The notes below the pieces were generated by a model that did no database searches, was not told the origin of the DNA, and saw only the letters and a list, made by a program, of their open reading frames with translations. A DNA stretch of 59,508 nt from the NCBI GenBank assembly GCA_938084645.1, contig CALKEP010000013.1, positions 1-59,508 of the forward strand, written 5' to 3'. The stretch is from an uncultured Phycisphaerales bacterium (GTDB lineage Bacteria > Planctomycetota > Phycisphaerae > Phycisphaerales > SM1A02). Below, in pieces: positions 18,383 to 26,145 of this stretch (position 1 is the first letter of the stretch; every line of letters starts with the position of its first letter). The translations under genes were made by a program, and so were the position numbers.

Positions 18383-19864
18383 ATGGCTCGGATCAATACC
18401 AACGTCTCTTCGATGATCGCCCGAAACAACCTCGGGCGAACGAACGAGAATCTCTCGGTCAGACTGCAGCGGCTCTCGACGGGACTCCGGATCAACCGGG
18501 GTGCCGACGATCCGGCCGGCCTGATCGTCTCGGAACGTCTTCGCTCGGAGATGCGCGGCATCGACCAGGCGATCGACAACTCCGAGCGGGCGAGTTCGGT
18601 CATCGCGACCACCGAGGGTTACCTCGCGGAGGTCGCCGACCTGCTCAACTCCATCAAGAGTCTCGTCGTCGAGGCCGCCAACACCGGCGGCGTCAGCGAC
18701 GAGGAGGTCGAGGCCAACCAGCTCGAGATCGACTCGGCCATCGCGTCGATCACCAGGATCTCCAACACCGCGAGTTTCGCGGGGCTGCAGCTGCTGAACG
18801 GCAATCTCGACTACACCACCAGCGGTGTGGATTCCTCGAACATCGAGGGGATCCAGATCGACGGTGCCCAGTTCGGCTCCAGCGGCGACCTCGACGTCAG
18901 CGTCGAGGTGGTCAACGCGGCCGAGACCGCCTCGCTCTTCCTGTCCGGGAATGCGGGTGCGACGGCCGGGGAACTCGACGACAGCGTGACGGTCGAGATC
19001 GCGGGTTCGCTCGGCGTGCAGTCGGTGACCTTCGCCTCCGGCACCACCATGTCGGCGATCGTCGCGGCGGTGAACACGCTCTCGGACACCACGGGGGTCA
19101 CCGCGGATCTCGTTTCGGCATCCGACCAGAGCAGCGGTCTGGTCTTCAGCTCGACCGGCTACGGGTCCGACGAATTCGTCTCGGTGACCAAGGTCGGACC
19201 GGGCGGTTCGGACTTCGACACCCTCGACGCCCAGGGCGGCACCGCCACCCAGCGTGACGAGGGCGTGGACGTGACCGCGGTGGTGAACGGTGCGGTGGCG
19301 GTCGGCGACGGCCTCGAGGTCTCGCTCAACTCGCCGGCGCTGAGCGTCCAGCTCGATCTGTCCCAGAACTTCGCGACCACGGTGTCCGGCACGGCGAGCG
19401 TCTTCTCGATCACCGGTGGCGGTGCCCAGTTCCAGCTCGGACCGACCATCTCGGCGACCCAGAACATCGGGGTCGGGGTCCAGTCGATCGCGGCGACCCG
19501 GATCGGCGGGACCACGGTCGACGGCAGTCGCTTCTTCCTCGACAGTCTCGTGGGTGGGAAGGACAACTCCCTGCTCTCGGGCAACTTCAGCGATGCCAGC
19601 GACATTCTCGAGAACGCCATCACCGAGGTCTCGGTCCTTCGCGGCCGGCTCGGTGCGTTCGAACGCAACACCCTCCAGACCAACGTCCGGAGTCTCCAGA
19701 TCGGTCTCGAGAACATCACCGCCGCGGAATCGAAGATCCGCGACACGGACTTCGCGGACGAGACCGCGAAGCTGACCCGGGCCCAGATCCTCACCCAGGC
19801 CGGTACCTCGGTGCTCGCGACGGCGAACGCTTCGGCTCAGAACGTCCTCGCACTGCTCCAGTAG
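18383..19864 (+). CDS. fliC: Flagellin (copy 1)
   Basis: MARINTN...RLSTGLRINRGADDPAGL; C-terminal ENITAAESKIRDTDFA. Confidence 0.95.
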   Translation: MARINTNVSSMIARNNLGRTNENLSVRLQRLSTGLRINRGADDPAGLIVSERLRSEMRGIDQAIDNSERASSVIATTEGYLAEVADLLNSIKSLVVEAANTGGVSDEEVEANQLEIDSAIASITRISNTASFAGLQLLNGNLDYTTSGVDSSNIEGIQIDGAQFGSSGDLDVSVEVVNAAETASLFLSGNAGATAGELDDSVTVEIAGSLGVQSVTFASGTTMSAIVAAVNTLSDTTGVTADLVSASDQSSGLVFSSTGYGSDEFVSVTKVGPGGSDFDTLDAQGGTATQRDEGVDVTAVVNGAVAVGDGLEVSLNSPALSVQLDLSQNFATTVSGTASVFSITGGGAQFQLGPTISATQNIGVGVQSIAATRIGGTTVDGSRFFLDSLVGGKDNSLLSGNFSDASDILENAITEVSVLRGRLGAFERNTLQTNVRSLQIGLENITAAESKIRDTDFADETAKLTRAQILTQAGTSVLATANASAQNVLALLQ

Positions 19865-19899
19865 TCCTCGAAGACCGGCAACGATCGATCTTCACTCGA

Positions 19900-19927
19900 C
19901 GACCCCCTCCCCGGAGGGGGTCGTTTT
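19900..19927 (+). terminator. Rho-independent terminator after flagellin 1
   Basis: cgaccccctc-cccg-gagggggtcg followed by TTTT. Confidence 0.75.
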
Positions 19928-20310
19928 CTGCGCGTTCGTCGTCCGGTGCATCGAGTCATGACCATCGAGACCCCGTTGGTGATGCCATGAAGGCTCAAAC
20001 GAACGTTGATTGCGCGGTGTGCGGCAAATATGACGCTGATTTTCAGAGTCGAGGTGAATTCCCGCTTCAGTCGGTTCGATGAGAACTTCGCGGTCGGGCC
20101 GGACATCGGACCCGATCGACTGAAGCGGAGGCCGGAGGCCGCCGGGCATTCAATTCAGTCGGCTGCGGAGGATCCGCCCCGATGACCGGTCCCCTCGCGT
20201 GTTGCGGGGGGCGTCACTGGATCGGCCAAGGACGCTTTGGGCCGGTCGAATCTCGGGTGGTTCGAGCAACGGGACACTCGCTCGAACCTGTTCACGGAGG
20301 ATCTCATCCC

Positions 20311-21816
20311 ATGAGTCGCATCAATCAGAACATTTCCAGCATGGTCGCCCAGCGAACCCTCGGTTCGCAGAACATGGGCCTCAACAAGAGCCTTCAGCGG
20401 CTCTCGACCGGTCTTCGGATCAACCGCGGTGCGGACGATCCGGCGGGCCTGATCGCCAGCGAGAACCTTCGCAGCGAGAAGGCCGCCATCAACTCGGCGA
20501 TCAACAACGCCGAGCGGGCCGAGCAGGTCGTGAACGTCGCCGAAGGCGGCCTCCAGGAGGTCTCGAACCTGCTGGTCGAACTGCAGTCGCTCGTCTCCTC
20601 GACCGCGAATGAAGCCGGCGTCTCCTCCGAGGAGAAGGCCGCGAACCAGCTGCAGATCGATTCGATCCTGCAGACCATCGACCGGATCGCCAACGCGACG
20701 TCGTTCCAGGGCGAGAAGCTGCTCAACGGCAACTTCGACTACCAGGACACCGCCGCCGCGGACGCGGTCGAGCTCGCCGACGTCACGATCAACTCCGCGA
20801 AGCTCGCGGATGACGGCAGCGCCATGTCGGTCGACGTCACGGTCGACACCGTCGCCACCACCGGTGCCGCCGCGATCACCGGTTCCGGCACCGTCAACTT
20901 CGACGCCGGTGTCGACGGCAACGGCGACGACGTCGGAAGCTACACCATCGAGGTGACCGGTTCGAAGGGAAGCCAGCAGTTCACCTTCGCCGACGGCACC
21001 GCGATGACCGAGGTCGCCAACGCGATCAACTCGTTCGCCGACCAGCTCGGTGTCAGCGCCAGCATGAGTGGCAACACCTTCGACGTGGTCATCAACTCCC
21101 AGGACTTCGGTGGCGAGTCGTTCGTCCGGGTCAAGGAGCTCAACGACGGTACCACCGACGCCAGCAACACGGCCACCTTCATCGGTGCCGCGGGCACCTT
21201 CAGTGCGAACGCCGACTACAAGGACTACGGCAGCGATGCGGTCGTCCTGATCAACGGCAGCCAGGCCACTACGGACGGCCTGACCGCCCGCGTCTCCAGC
21301 GCCGGCTTCGACGTCGAGATCACTCTCGACGCCAACAACGGTGGCAACGCGCTCGGCACCTACAGCTTCGAGATCACCGGTGGTGGTGCGAACTTCAACC
21401 TCGCCCCCAGCGTCGATCTCGCCAGCAAGGTCTCGCTCGGTATCGGCACCGTGACCACGGGCAACCTCGGTTCCGGTTCCACCGGCTTCCTCTCCGACCT
21501 CAAGTCGGGTGCGACCGCCAACGTCCAGAACGGCGACCTCTCGAAGGCCCAGTCGGTGATCGACGACGCCATCAAGCAGGTCTCCAGCCTCCGTGGCCGG
21601 CTCGGCGCGTTCCAGAAGAACACCGTCGGTTCGACCATCAGCTCGCTGGGCATCGCCCTCGAGAACACCGCGGCGGCTGAAAGCCAGATCCGTGACACGG
21701 ACTTCGCGGCGGAGACCGCGGAGCTGACCCGAGGCCAGATCCTCCAGCAGGCTGCCATCCAGTCGCTGTCCCTGGCCAACTCGAGCCCGCAGGCCGTGCT
21801 CGCGCTGCTCGGCTGA
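20311..21816 (+). CDS. fliC: Flagellin (copy 2)
   Basis: MSRINQN...RLSTGLRINRGADDPAGL; C-terminal ENTAAAESQIRDTDFA; SD GGAGG. Start ATG 20311. Confidence 0.95.
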   Translation: MSRINQNISSMVAQRTLGSQNMGLNKSLQRLSTGLRINRGADDPAGLIASENLRSEKAAINSAINNAERAEQVVNVAEGGLQEVSNLLVELQSLVSSTANEAGVSSEEKAANQLQIDSILQTIDRIANATSFQGEKLLNGNFDYQDTAAADAVELADVTINSAKLADDGSAMSVDVTVDTVATTGAAAITGSGTVNFDAGVDGNGDDVGSYTIEVTGSKGSQQFTFADGTAMTEVANAINSFADQLGVSASMSGNTFDVVINSQDFGGESFVRVKELNDGTTDASNTATFIGAAGTFSANADYKDYGSDAVVLINGSQATTDGLTARVSSAGFDVEITLDANNGGNALGTYSFEITGGGANFNLAPSVDLASKVSLGIGTVTTGNLGSGSTGFLSDLKSGATANVQNGDLSKAQSVIDDAIKQVSSLRGRLGAFQKNTVGSTISSLGIALENTAAAESQIRDTDFAAETAELTRGQILQQAAIQSLSLANSSPQAVLALLG

Positions 21817-21843
21817 TCGAGTTCGATCCGCTTCAAACTTCCG

Positions 21844-21876
21844 ACCGGCGGTCCCTTCGGGGGCCGCCGGTTTTTT
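21844..21876 (+). terminator. Rho-independent terminator after flagellin 2
   Basis: accggcggtccc-TTCG-ggggccgccgg followed by TTTTTT. Confidence 0.9.
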
Positions 21877-21886
21877 CATGGTCGGA

Positions 21887-23587
21887 TCAAGGGGCGTCGG
21901 CGTGCCGGGTGGTGTCGGCGTCGGGTGGGAACGACCAGCGGATCCGACGTGATTCGAAGCCGATCCGGTGCGCGAGCAGCTCGATGATCTCGCCCGCGTC
22001 GTCGATCGGAATCGGCCCGGTCACCGGTGTCCAGGCGGTTTCGCCTTCGCGGCGATGACCGAGCGTCGCGCCGGGAGTCGGGCAGGTGACCGTCACGGCC
22101 CGGCCGTCGGAACCGGTCTCGACGCTCGGGATCGCCGCCGCGGTTCGCGGCTTCCGGGACGCGCCGTTCCAGAGCCGGTCCCGGACCATCGCGCCCTCGT
22201 CCTCGATCAGGCCGAGATCGCGGGTCCGATCCATCCATGCGTCGAGTTCGATCCGCATCGCGTCGATACGCGCCCGCTGCGCCGGATCGTCGATGAGATT
22301 CTCCACCTCGTGGGGATCGGCGACGAGATCGTAGAACTCCTCGTCGGGTTTGGTGGGATCGACGAGTTGCCACTGGTCCGCGGTCGCGTGGCCTGACGCG
22401 CGAAGCGCATGAACGTCGCGCATCATCGAGATGTTCTCCGCGTAGGCGACGTTGTAGAGCCGGGGTCGCCCGGGCACGAGGTTCCGGACGTATCGATGTC
22501 GTCCGTCGGTGACCGCACGCGTTCGATCTCGAACCGAGTCCATTCGATCGGCGTGGATGAAGGCGAGACCGGGGCCGGGCTCGGCGTGCGTCCCGGCGAA
22601 GGCGGCACCGGACATCCAGGCGGGGGGGGCGACGCCGCAGATCGAGAGGGCGGTCGGGGCGAAGTCGACGAACGAGACCACGCGGTCGTCGACGCCCCGG
22701 CGATCGAGCGCCTGCGGCCAGCGAACGATCAGCGGCACCCGGGTGCCGGAGTCGTAGACGCATCGCTTCCCGCGGGGCAGCCCGACGCCGTGATCGCTGA
22801 AGAACATGACCACCGTGTGTTCGAGGAGGCCGGCCTGCTCGAGCTCCGACAGCAGACCGCCCACCTGGCGATCCAACGCGGCGACGTTGTCGTAGGTCCG
22901 CGCGATGTCGGCCCGCGCCGTCGCGGTGTCCGGAAGATAGGGCGGGACGGTGACCGTGGCGGGGTCGCAGGTCTTCGCAGTCGGCTTGCGGGCGGGGAAC
23001 GTCCCGCTCTCGTGGGTGACGCCCAGATTGAACACCGCGAAGAACGGCTGGTCCGGGTCGGGCCGTCCGCGCCAGTGGGCGCGTCCGCCGGATCGATCCC
23101 AGGTCGTCGCGGGGGCCACGAACTGGTAGTCGGTCTTCGAGCGGTTCGTGCAGTACCACCCGCGGGCCCGAAGCAGTTCCGGGAAGCACCGGACCTCGGG
23201 GGGTGGCACCGCTTCGTAGTTCGGGATTCCCTCGTACGCCGCCGGATCCCTCGCGAGGGCCGCGCCGCTCGGTTTGCCGGTCCGCATGTGCATCGAGCCG
23301 ATCTCGGTCGCCCAGCATCCGGTGATCAGGGTCGATCGGCTCGGGGCGCAGACCGGGGTCGTCGCGAAGGCGTTCGTGTACCGCACGCCCTCCGTCGCGA
23401 GTCGATCGATGTTGGGGGTCGGGACGGTGTCGTCGCCGTAGCACCCGAGCCAGGGACTCATGTCCTCCGCGGTGATCCAGACCAGGTTGAGCGGGCGGTC
23501 CTCGTCGGTGGGGCGCGGTGCGGCGACGGTGGGGCGGAACACCGCGAGGAGGAGGATGGCCATCACGTGCGGAGTCGATGGAATCAT
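21887..23587 (-). CDS. Secreted formylglycine-dependent (S1) sulfatase
   Basis: NLVWITAED, CAPSRSTLITG (CxPxR), SDHG and GKRCVYD; signal peptide. Start ATG 23587 (the longer ORF runs through the rplL terminator). Confidence 0.9.
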   Translation of the reverse strand: MIPSTPHVMAILLLAVFRPTVAAPRPTDEDRPLNLVWITAEDMSPWLGCYGDDTVPTPNIDRLATEGVRYTNAFATTPVCAPSRSTLITGCWATEIGSMHMRTGKPSGAALARDPAAYEGIPNYEAVPPPEVRCFPELLRARGWYCTNRSKTDYQFVAPATTWDRSGGRAHWRGRPDPDQPFFAVFNLGVTHESGTFPARKPTAKTCDPATVTVPPYLPDTATARADIARTYDNVAALDRQVGGLLSELEQAGLLEHTVVMFFSDHGVGLPRGKRCVYDSGTRVPLIVRWPQALDRRGVDDRVVSFVDFAPTALSICGVAPPAWMSGAAFAGTHAEPGPGLAFIHADRMDSVRDRTRAVTDGRHRYVRNLVPGRPRLYNVAYAENISMMRDVHALRASGHATADQWQLVDPTKPDEEFYDLVADPHEVENLIDDPAQRARIDAMRIELDAWMDRTRDLGLIEDEGAMVRDRLWNGASRKPRTAAAIPSVETGSDGRAVTVTCPTPGATLGHRREGETAWTPVTGPIPIDDAGEIIELLAHRIGFESRRIRWSFPPDADTTRHADAP

Positions 23588-23644
23588 GGTCCCGAGGATA
23601 CCCCTCGCTCGGTCATGGTTCCCCGGGGTTCGAGCGGAGCGCAG

Positions 23645-23675
23645 AAAAAACGACCCCGCCGAATGGCGGGGTCGT
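23645..23675 (-). terminator. Rho-independent terminator after rplL
   Basis: Minus strand: acgaccccgcc-attc-ggcggggtcg then TTTTTT. Confidence 0.9.
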
Positions 23676-23715
23676 GGTGCTTGCAGAGGTCGATGTGCGG
23701 CCGAGGCCGCGAGGA

Positions 23716-24129
23716 TCACTTGACCGCGACGGTCGCGCCGGCCTCTTCGAGGGCGGTCTTGAGCGCCTCGGCCTCGTCCTTCGAGACCTTCTCCTTGACG
23801 GCCTTGGGAGCGCTGTCGACGATCTCCTTGGCTTCCTTGAGACCCAGACCGGTCGCTTCGCGGACGGCCTTGATCACCTGGATCTTCTTGTCGCCGGCTG
23901 CTTCGAGGACGACGTCGAATTCGGTCTGCTCGGCTTCGCCGCCGCCTTCGTCGCCACCACCACCACCGGCCATCATGACGGCGCCGCCAGCGGCGGGCTC
24001 GATGCCGTAGGCGTCCTTCATGTAGTCGGCGAGGTCGACGGCTTCCTTCAGGGTCAGGCCGGCGATCTCGTCGCCCATCTTGGTGATCTTCGCGTCAAAG
24101 GTCTTTGCTTCAGTTGCTTCTTCGGACAT
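23716..24129 (-). CDS. rplL: 50S ribosomal protein L7/L12
   Basis: EQTEFDVVL...[20 protein letters not shown]. Confidence 0.98.
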   Translation of the reverse strand: MSEEATEAKTFDAKITKMGDEIAGLTLKEAVDLADYMKDAYGIEPAAGGAVMMAGGGGGDEGGGEAEQTEFDVVLEAAGDKKIQVIKAVREATGLGLKEAKEIVDSAPKAVKEKVSKDEAEALKTALEEAGATVAVK

Positions 24130-24253
24130 TGGAAACTCCGTTCCACTTGGGTTGCCCCCCGAGAGGGCTCGACCGTTCGAGCTTTAACCCTGGGGCCAGT
24201 CGGGGCGGCGGGAAAGGTACTTGATGAATCAGAAGGGGATGAGGTTCGCGGGG

Positions 24254-24799
24254 TCAGCCGACCTTCGCGACGGTCTCCCCGTTTTCGAGCTTCTCCTCGA
24301 GCGACTTGACGACGCCCATCAGTTTCGAGCCGGGGCTCGTCGCGGCACCCACCACGTTGCGGTAGGGGGAGAGGAGCAGGGTCACCACGGTGCCCTGGGC
24401 CTCTTCACGGGTCGGATACTTGGCGAGGGCCTTCACGCCCGCTTCGCCGTCGAAGTACACACCGTCGATCGATGCGGCGCAGAGTTCGAGTTCCTTCACC
24501 TTCTTGGCCCACGCGACGATCTCGCGGGCGACCTCGACGGGGCTCTCGGCTCCGTAGGCGATCGCGGCGGGGCCGTTCAGGGCGGGGAAGAGGGCTTCCA
24601 GATCGGTTTCTGCGAACGCCTTCTTGGCGAGGGTGTTCTTCAGGACCGTGATGTTGATGTCCTTCTTCCGGAGCTCGTTGCGAAGGACGTTGTTCTCCAA
24701 CGCCTCCATGCCGCGAATCTGGAGGATGACACCACCGTCGACGCCTTCGAACCGGCGCCGGTAGTCCTCGATGATCATTTCCTTGACGGTCTTGCTCAT
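24254..24799 (-). CDS. rplJ: 50S ribosomal protein L10
   Basis: LRNELRK...VLKNTLAK...LAKYPTREE; lies between rplA and rplL. Confidence 0.95.
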   Translation of the reverse strand: MSKTVKEMIIEDYRRRFEGVDGGVILQIRGMEALENNVLRNELRKKDINITVLKNTLAKKAFAETDLEALFPALNGPAAIAYGAESPVEVAREIVAWAKKVKELELCAASIDGVYFDGEAGVKALAKYPTREEAQGTVVTLLLSPYRNVVGAATSPGSKLMGVVKSLEEKLENGETVAKVG

Positions 24800-24818
24800 G
24801 GTTCGTCTCCAGCGGGGG

Positions 24819-25496
24819 TCAGACGGCGATCTCGACGCCGGGCGTCATGGTGCCGGACACCACGACCTTCTTGAGGTACACGCCCTTGGTGGACGCCGGC
24901 TTGATCTTCTCGACGGTCTCGAGGAAGTGGTTGAGGTTCTCGAACAGATCCGCTTCGGAGAAGCTCATCTTCCCGATGACCAGGTGGATGTTGCCACCAT
25001 CGTCGTTGCGATACTCCTGCTTGCCCGCCGCGAACTCCGCCACCGCGGTGGCGACGTCGGGGGTCACGGTGCCGGCCTTGGGGCTCGGCATGAGTCCCTT
25101 GGGGCCGAGGACCTTGCCGAGTCGTCCGACGAACCGCATCATGTCGGGACTGGCGATCGCCACGTCGAACTCGGTCCAGCCGCCCATGACCTTGGTCACG
25201 AGTTCCTCGCCACCGGCCTCCGCGGCACCGGCCGCGACCGCGGCCTCGACCTTGTCACTGTTGCAGAAGGCGATCACCCGGGCGGATCGACCGATGCCCT
25301 TGGGCATCGCGATCGAGCCTCGCAGGGCCTGGTCGGCCTGCTTCGGATCGATGCCGAGACTCGCCACCACGTTCACGGACTGATCGAACTTGGTCGCCTT
25401 GAAGCCCTTGAGAACCTTCACGGCCTCTTCGGCCGGGACGGGATTCTCGGGGAGCATCTCGAGATTGGCCTTCTGTCGCTTGGTGAACTTCGGCAT
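24819..25496 (-). CDS. rplA: 50S ribosomal protein L1
   Basis: KFDQSV...LGKVLGPKGLMPSPKAGTVT. Confidence 0.98.
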   Translation of the reverse strand: MPKFTKRQKANLEMLPENPVPAEEAVKVLKGFKATKFDQSVNVVASLGIDPKQADQALRGSIAMPKGIGRSARVIAFCNSDKVEAAVAAGAAEAGGEELVTKVMGGWTEFDVAIASPDMMRFVGRLGKVLGPKGLMPSPKAGTVTPDVATAVAEFAAGKQEYRNDDGGNIHLVIGKMSFSEADLFENLNHFLETVEKIKPASTKGVYLKKVVVSGTMTPGVEIAV

Positions 25497-25497
25497 G

Positions 25498-25926
25498 TCA
25501 GTTCTCCTCCACGTCGACGCCCATCGAACGCGCCGTACCGGCGATGACCTTCATCGCGGTCTCGATGCTGCCCGAGTTCATGTCGGGCATCTTCTCTTCG
25601 GCGATCGCCCGGAGCTGGTCCTGAGTGAGCTTGCCGACCTTCTTGATGTGGGGCTCGCCCGAACCGCTTTCGAGCTTGAGCGCGTCCTTGATGAGGATCG
25701 CGGCCGGCGAGGCCTTGAGCTCGAACTCGAACGAACGGTCATCGAAGACCGTGATCACGCAGCCGACGATCTTGCCGTTGAGATCCTTCGTCCGATCGTT
25801 GAATGCGGTGATGAACTGTCCCGGGTTGACGCCGTTGGCGCCGAGGGCGGGACCGATCGGCGGCGCCGGCGTCGCTTTGCCGCCGGGAGCCATGATCTTG
25901 AATACCTTGGTGACCTGCTTGGCCAT
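25498..25926 (-). CDS. rplK: 50S ribosomal protein L11
   Basis: [14 protein letters not shown]...IAGTARSMG. Confidence 0.98.
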   Translation of the reverse strand: MAKQVTKVFKIMAPGGKATPAPPIGPALGANGVNPGQFITAFNDRTKDLNGKIVGCVITVFDDRSFEFELKASPAAILIKDALKLESGSGEPHIKKVGKLTQDQLRAIAEEKMPDMNSGSIETAMKVIAGTARSMGVDVEEN

Positions 25927-25948
25927 GATTCCTACCTCCCACCGGGTT

Positions 25949-25974
25949 CCGGGTGGCCTCTTCGGAGGCTCCGG
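25949..25974 (-). promoter_or_regulatory. Putative L1-binding autoregulatory hairpin in the rplK leader
   Basis: Minus strand ccGGAGcctc-cgaa-gaggcCACccgg: a stem with an asymmetric GGAG internal loop, like known L1 operators. Confidence 0.55.
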
Positions 25975-26039
25975 AGACGACGCCCGGTCAAGCGGGACGT
26001 CGAAACCCTGTAGTTCCTACGGTCTGAGTTGAGCCGAGC

Positions 26040-26068
26040 ACTGTAGCGAAACGCCGGACGGGTGCCAA
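26040..26068 (-). promoter_or_regulatory. Putative sigma-70 promoter of rplKAJL
   Basis: Minus strand TTGGCA-N17-TACAGT. Confidence 0.5.
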
Positions 26069-26073
26069 GCCGC

Positions 26074-26109
26074 AAAACGACGGATTCCGGCCGAGAAGGC
26101 CGGAATCCG
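26074..26109 (-). terminator. Terminator after the metallopeptidase gene
   Basis: Perfect 12-bp stem cggattccggcc/ggccggaatccg, followed on the minus strand by tcgtttt. Confidence 0.65.
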
Positions 26110-26145
26110 GGGAATGGTCCAGGTTTCAGCCGTCGACCGGCTCGA

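Noticed and set aside
20020..20050. GGCAAA...GACGC resembling a c-di-GMP-I riboswitch before flagellin 2
   Set aside because: Only 3 nt separate the two motifs; the GNRA-capped P2 stem and the P3 receptor are missing.
20062..20128. 12-bp inverted repeat as a flagellar phase-variation invertible switch
   Set aside because: The enclosed segment is only 43 nt and there is no recombinase in the window; kept only as a structural observation.
20150..20186. Sigma-28 promoter for flagellin 2 (TCAG...CCGATGA)
   Set aside because: The spacing is about 20 nt rather than 15-16, so it is not supportable.
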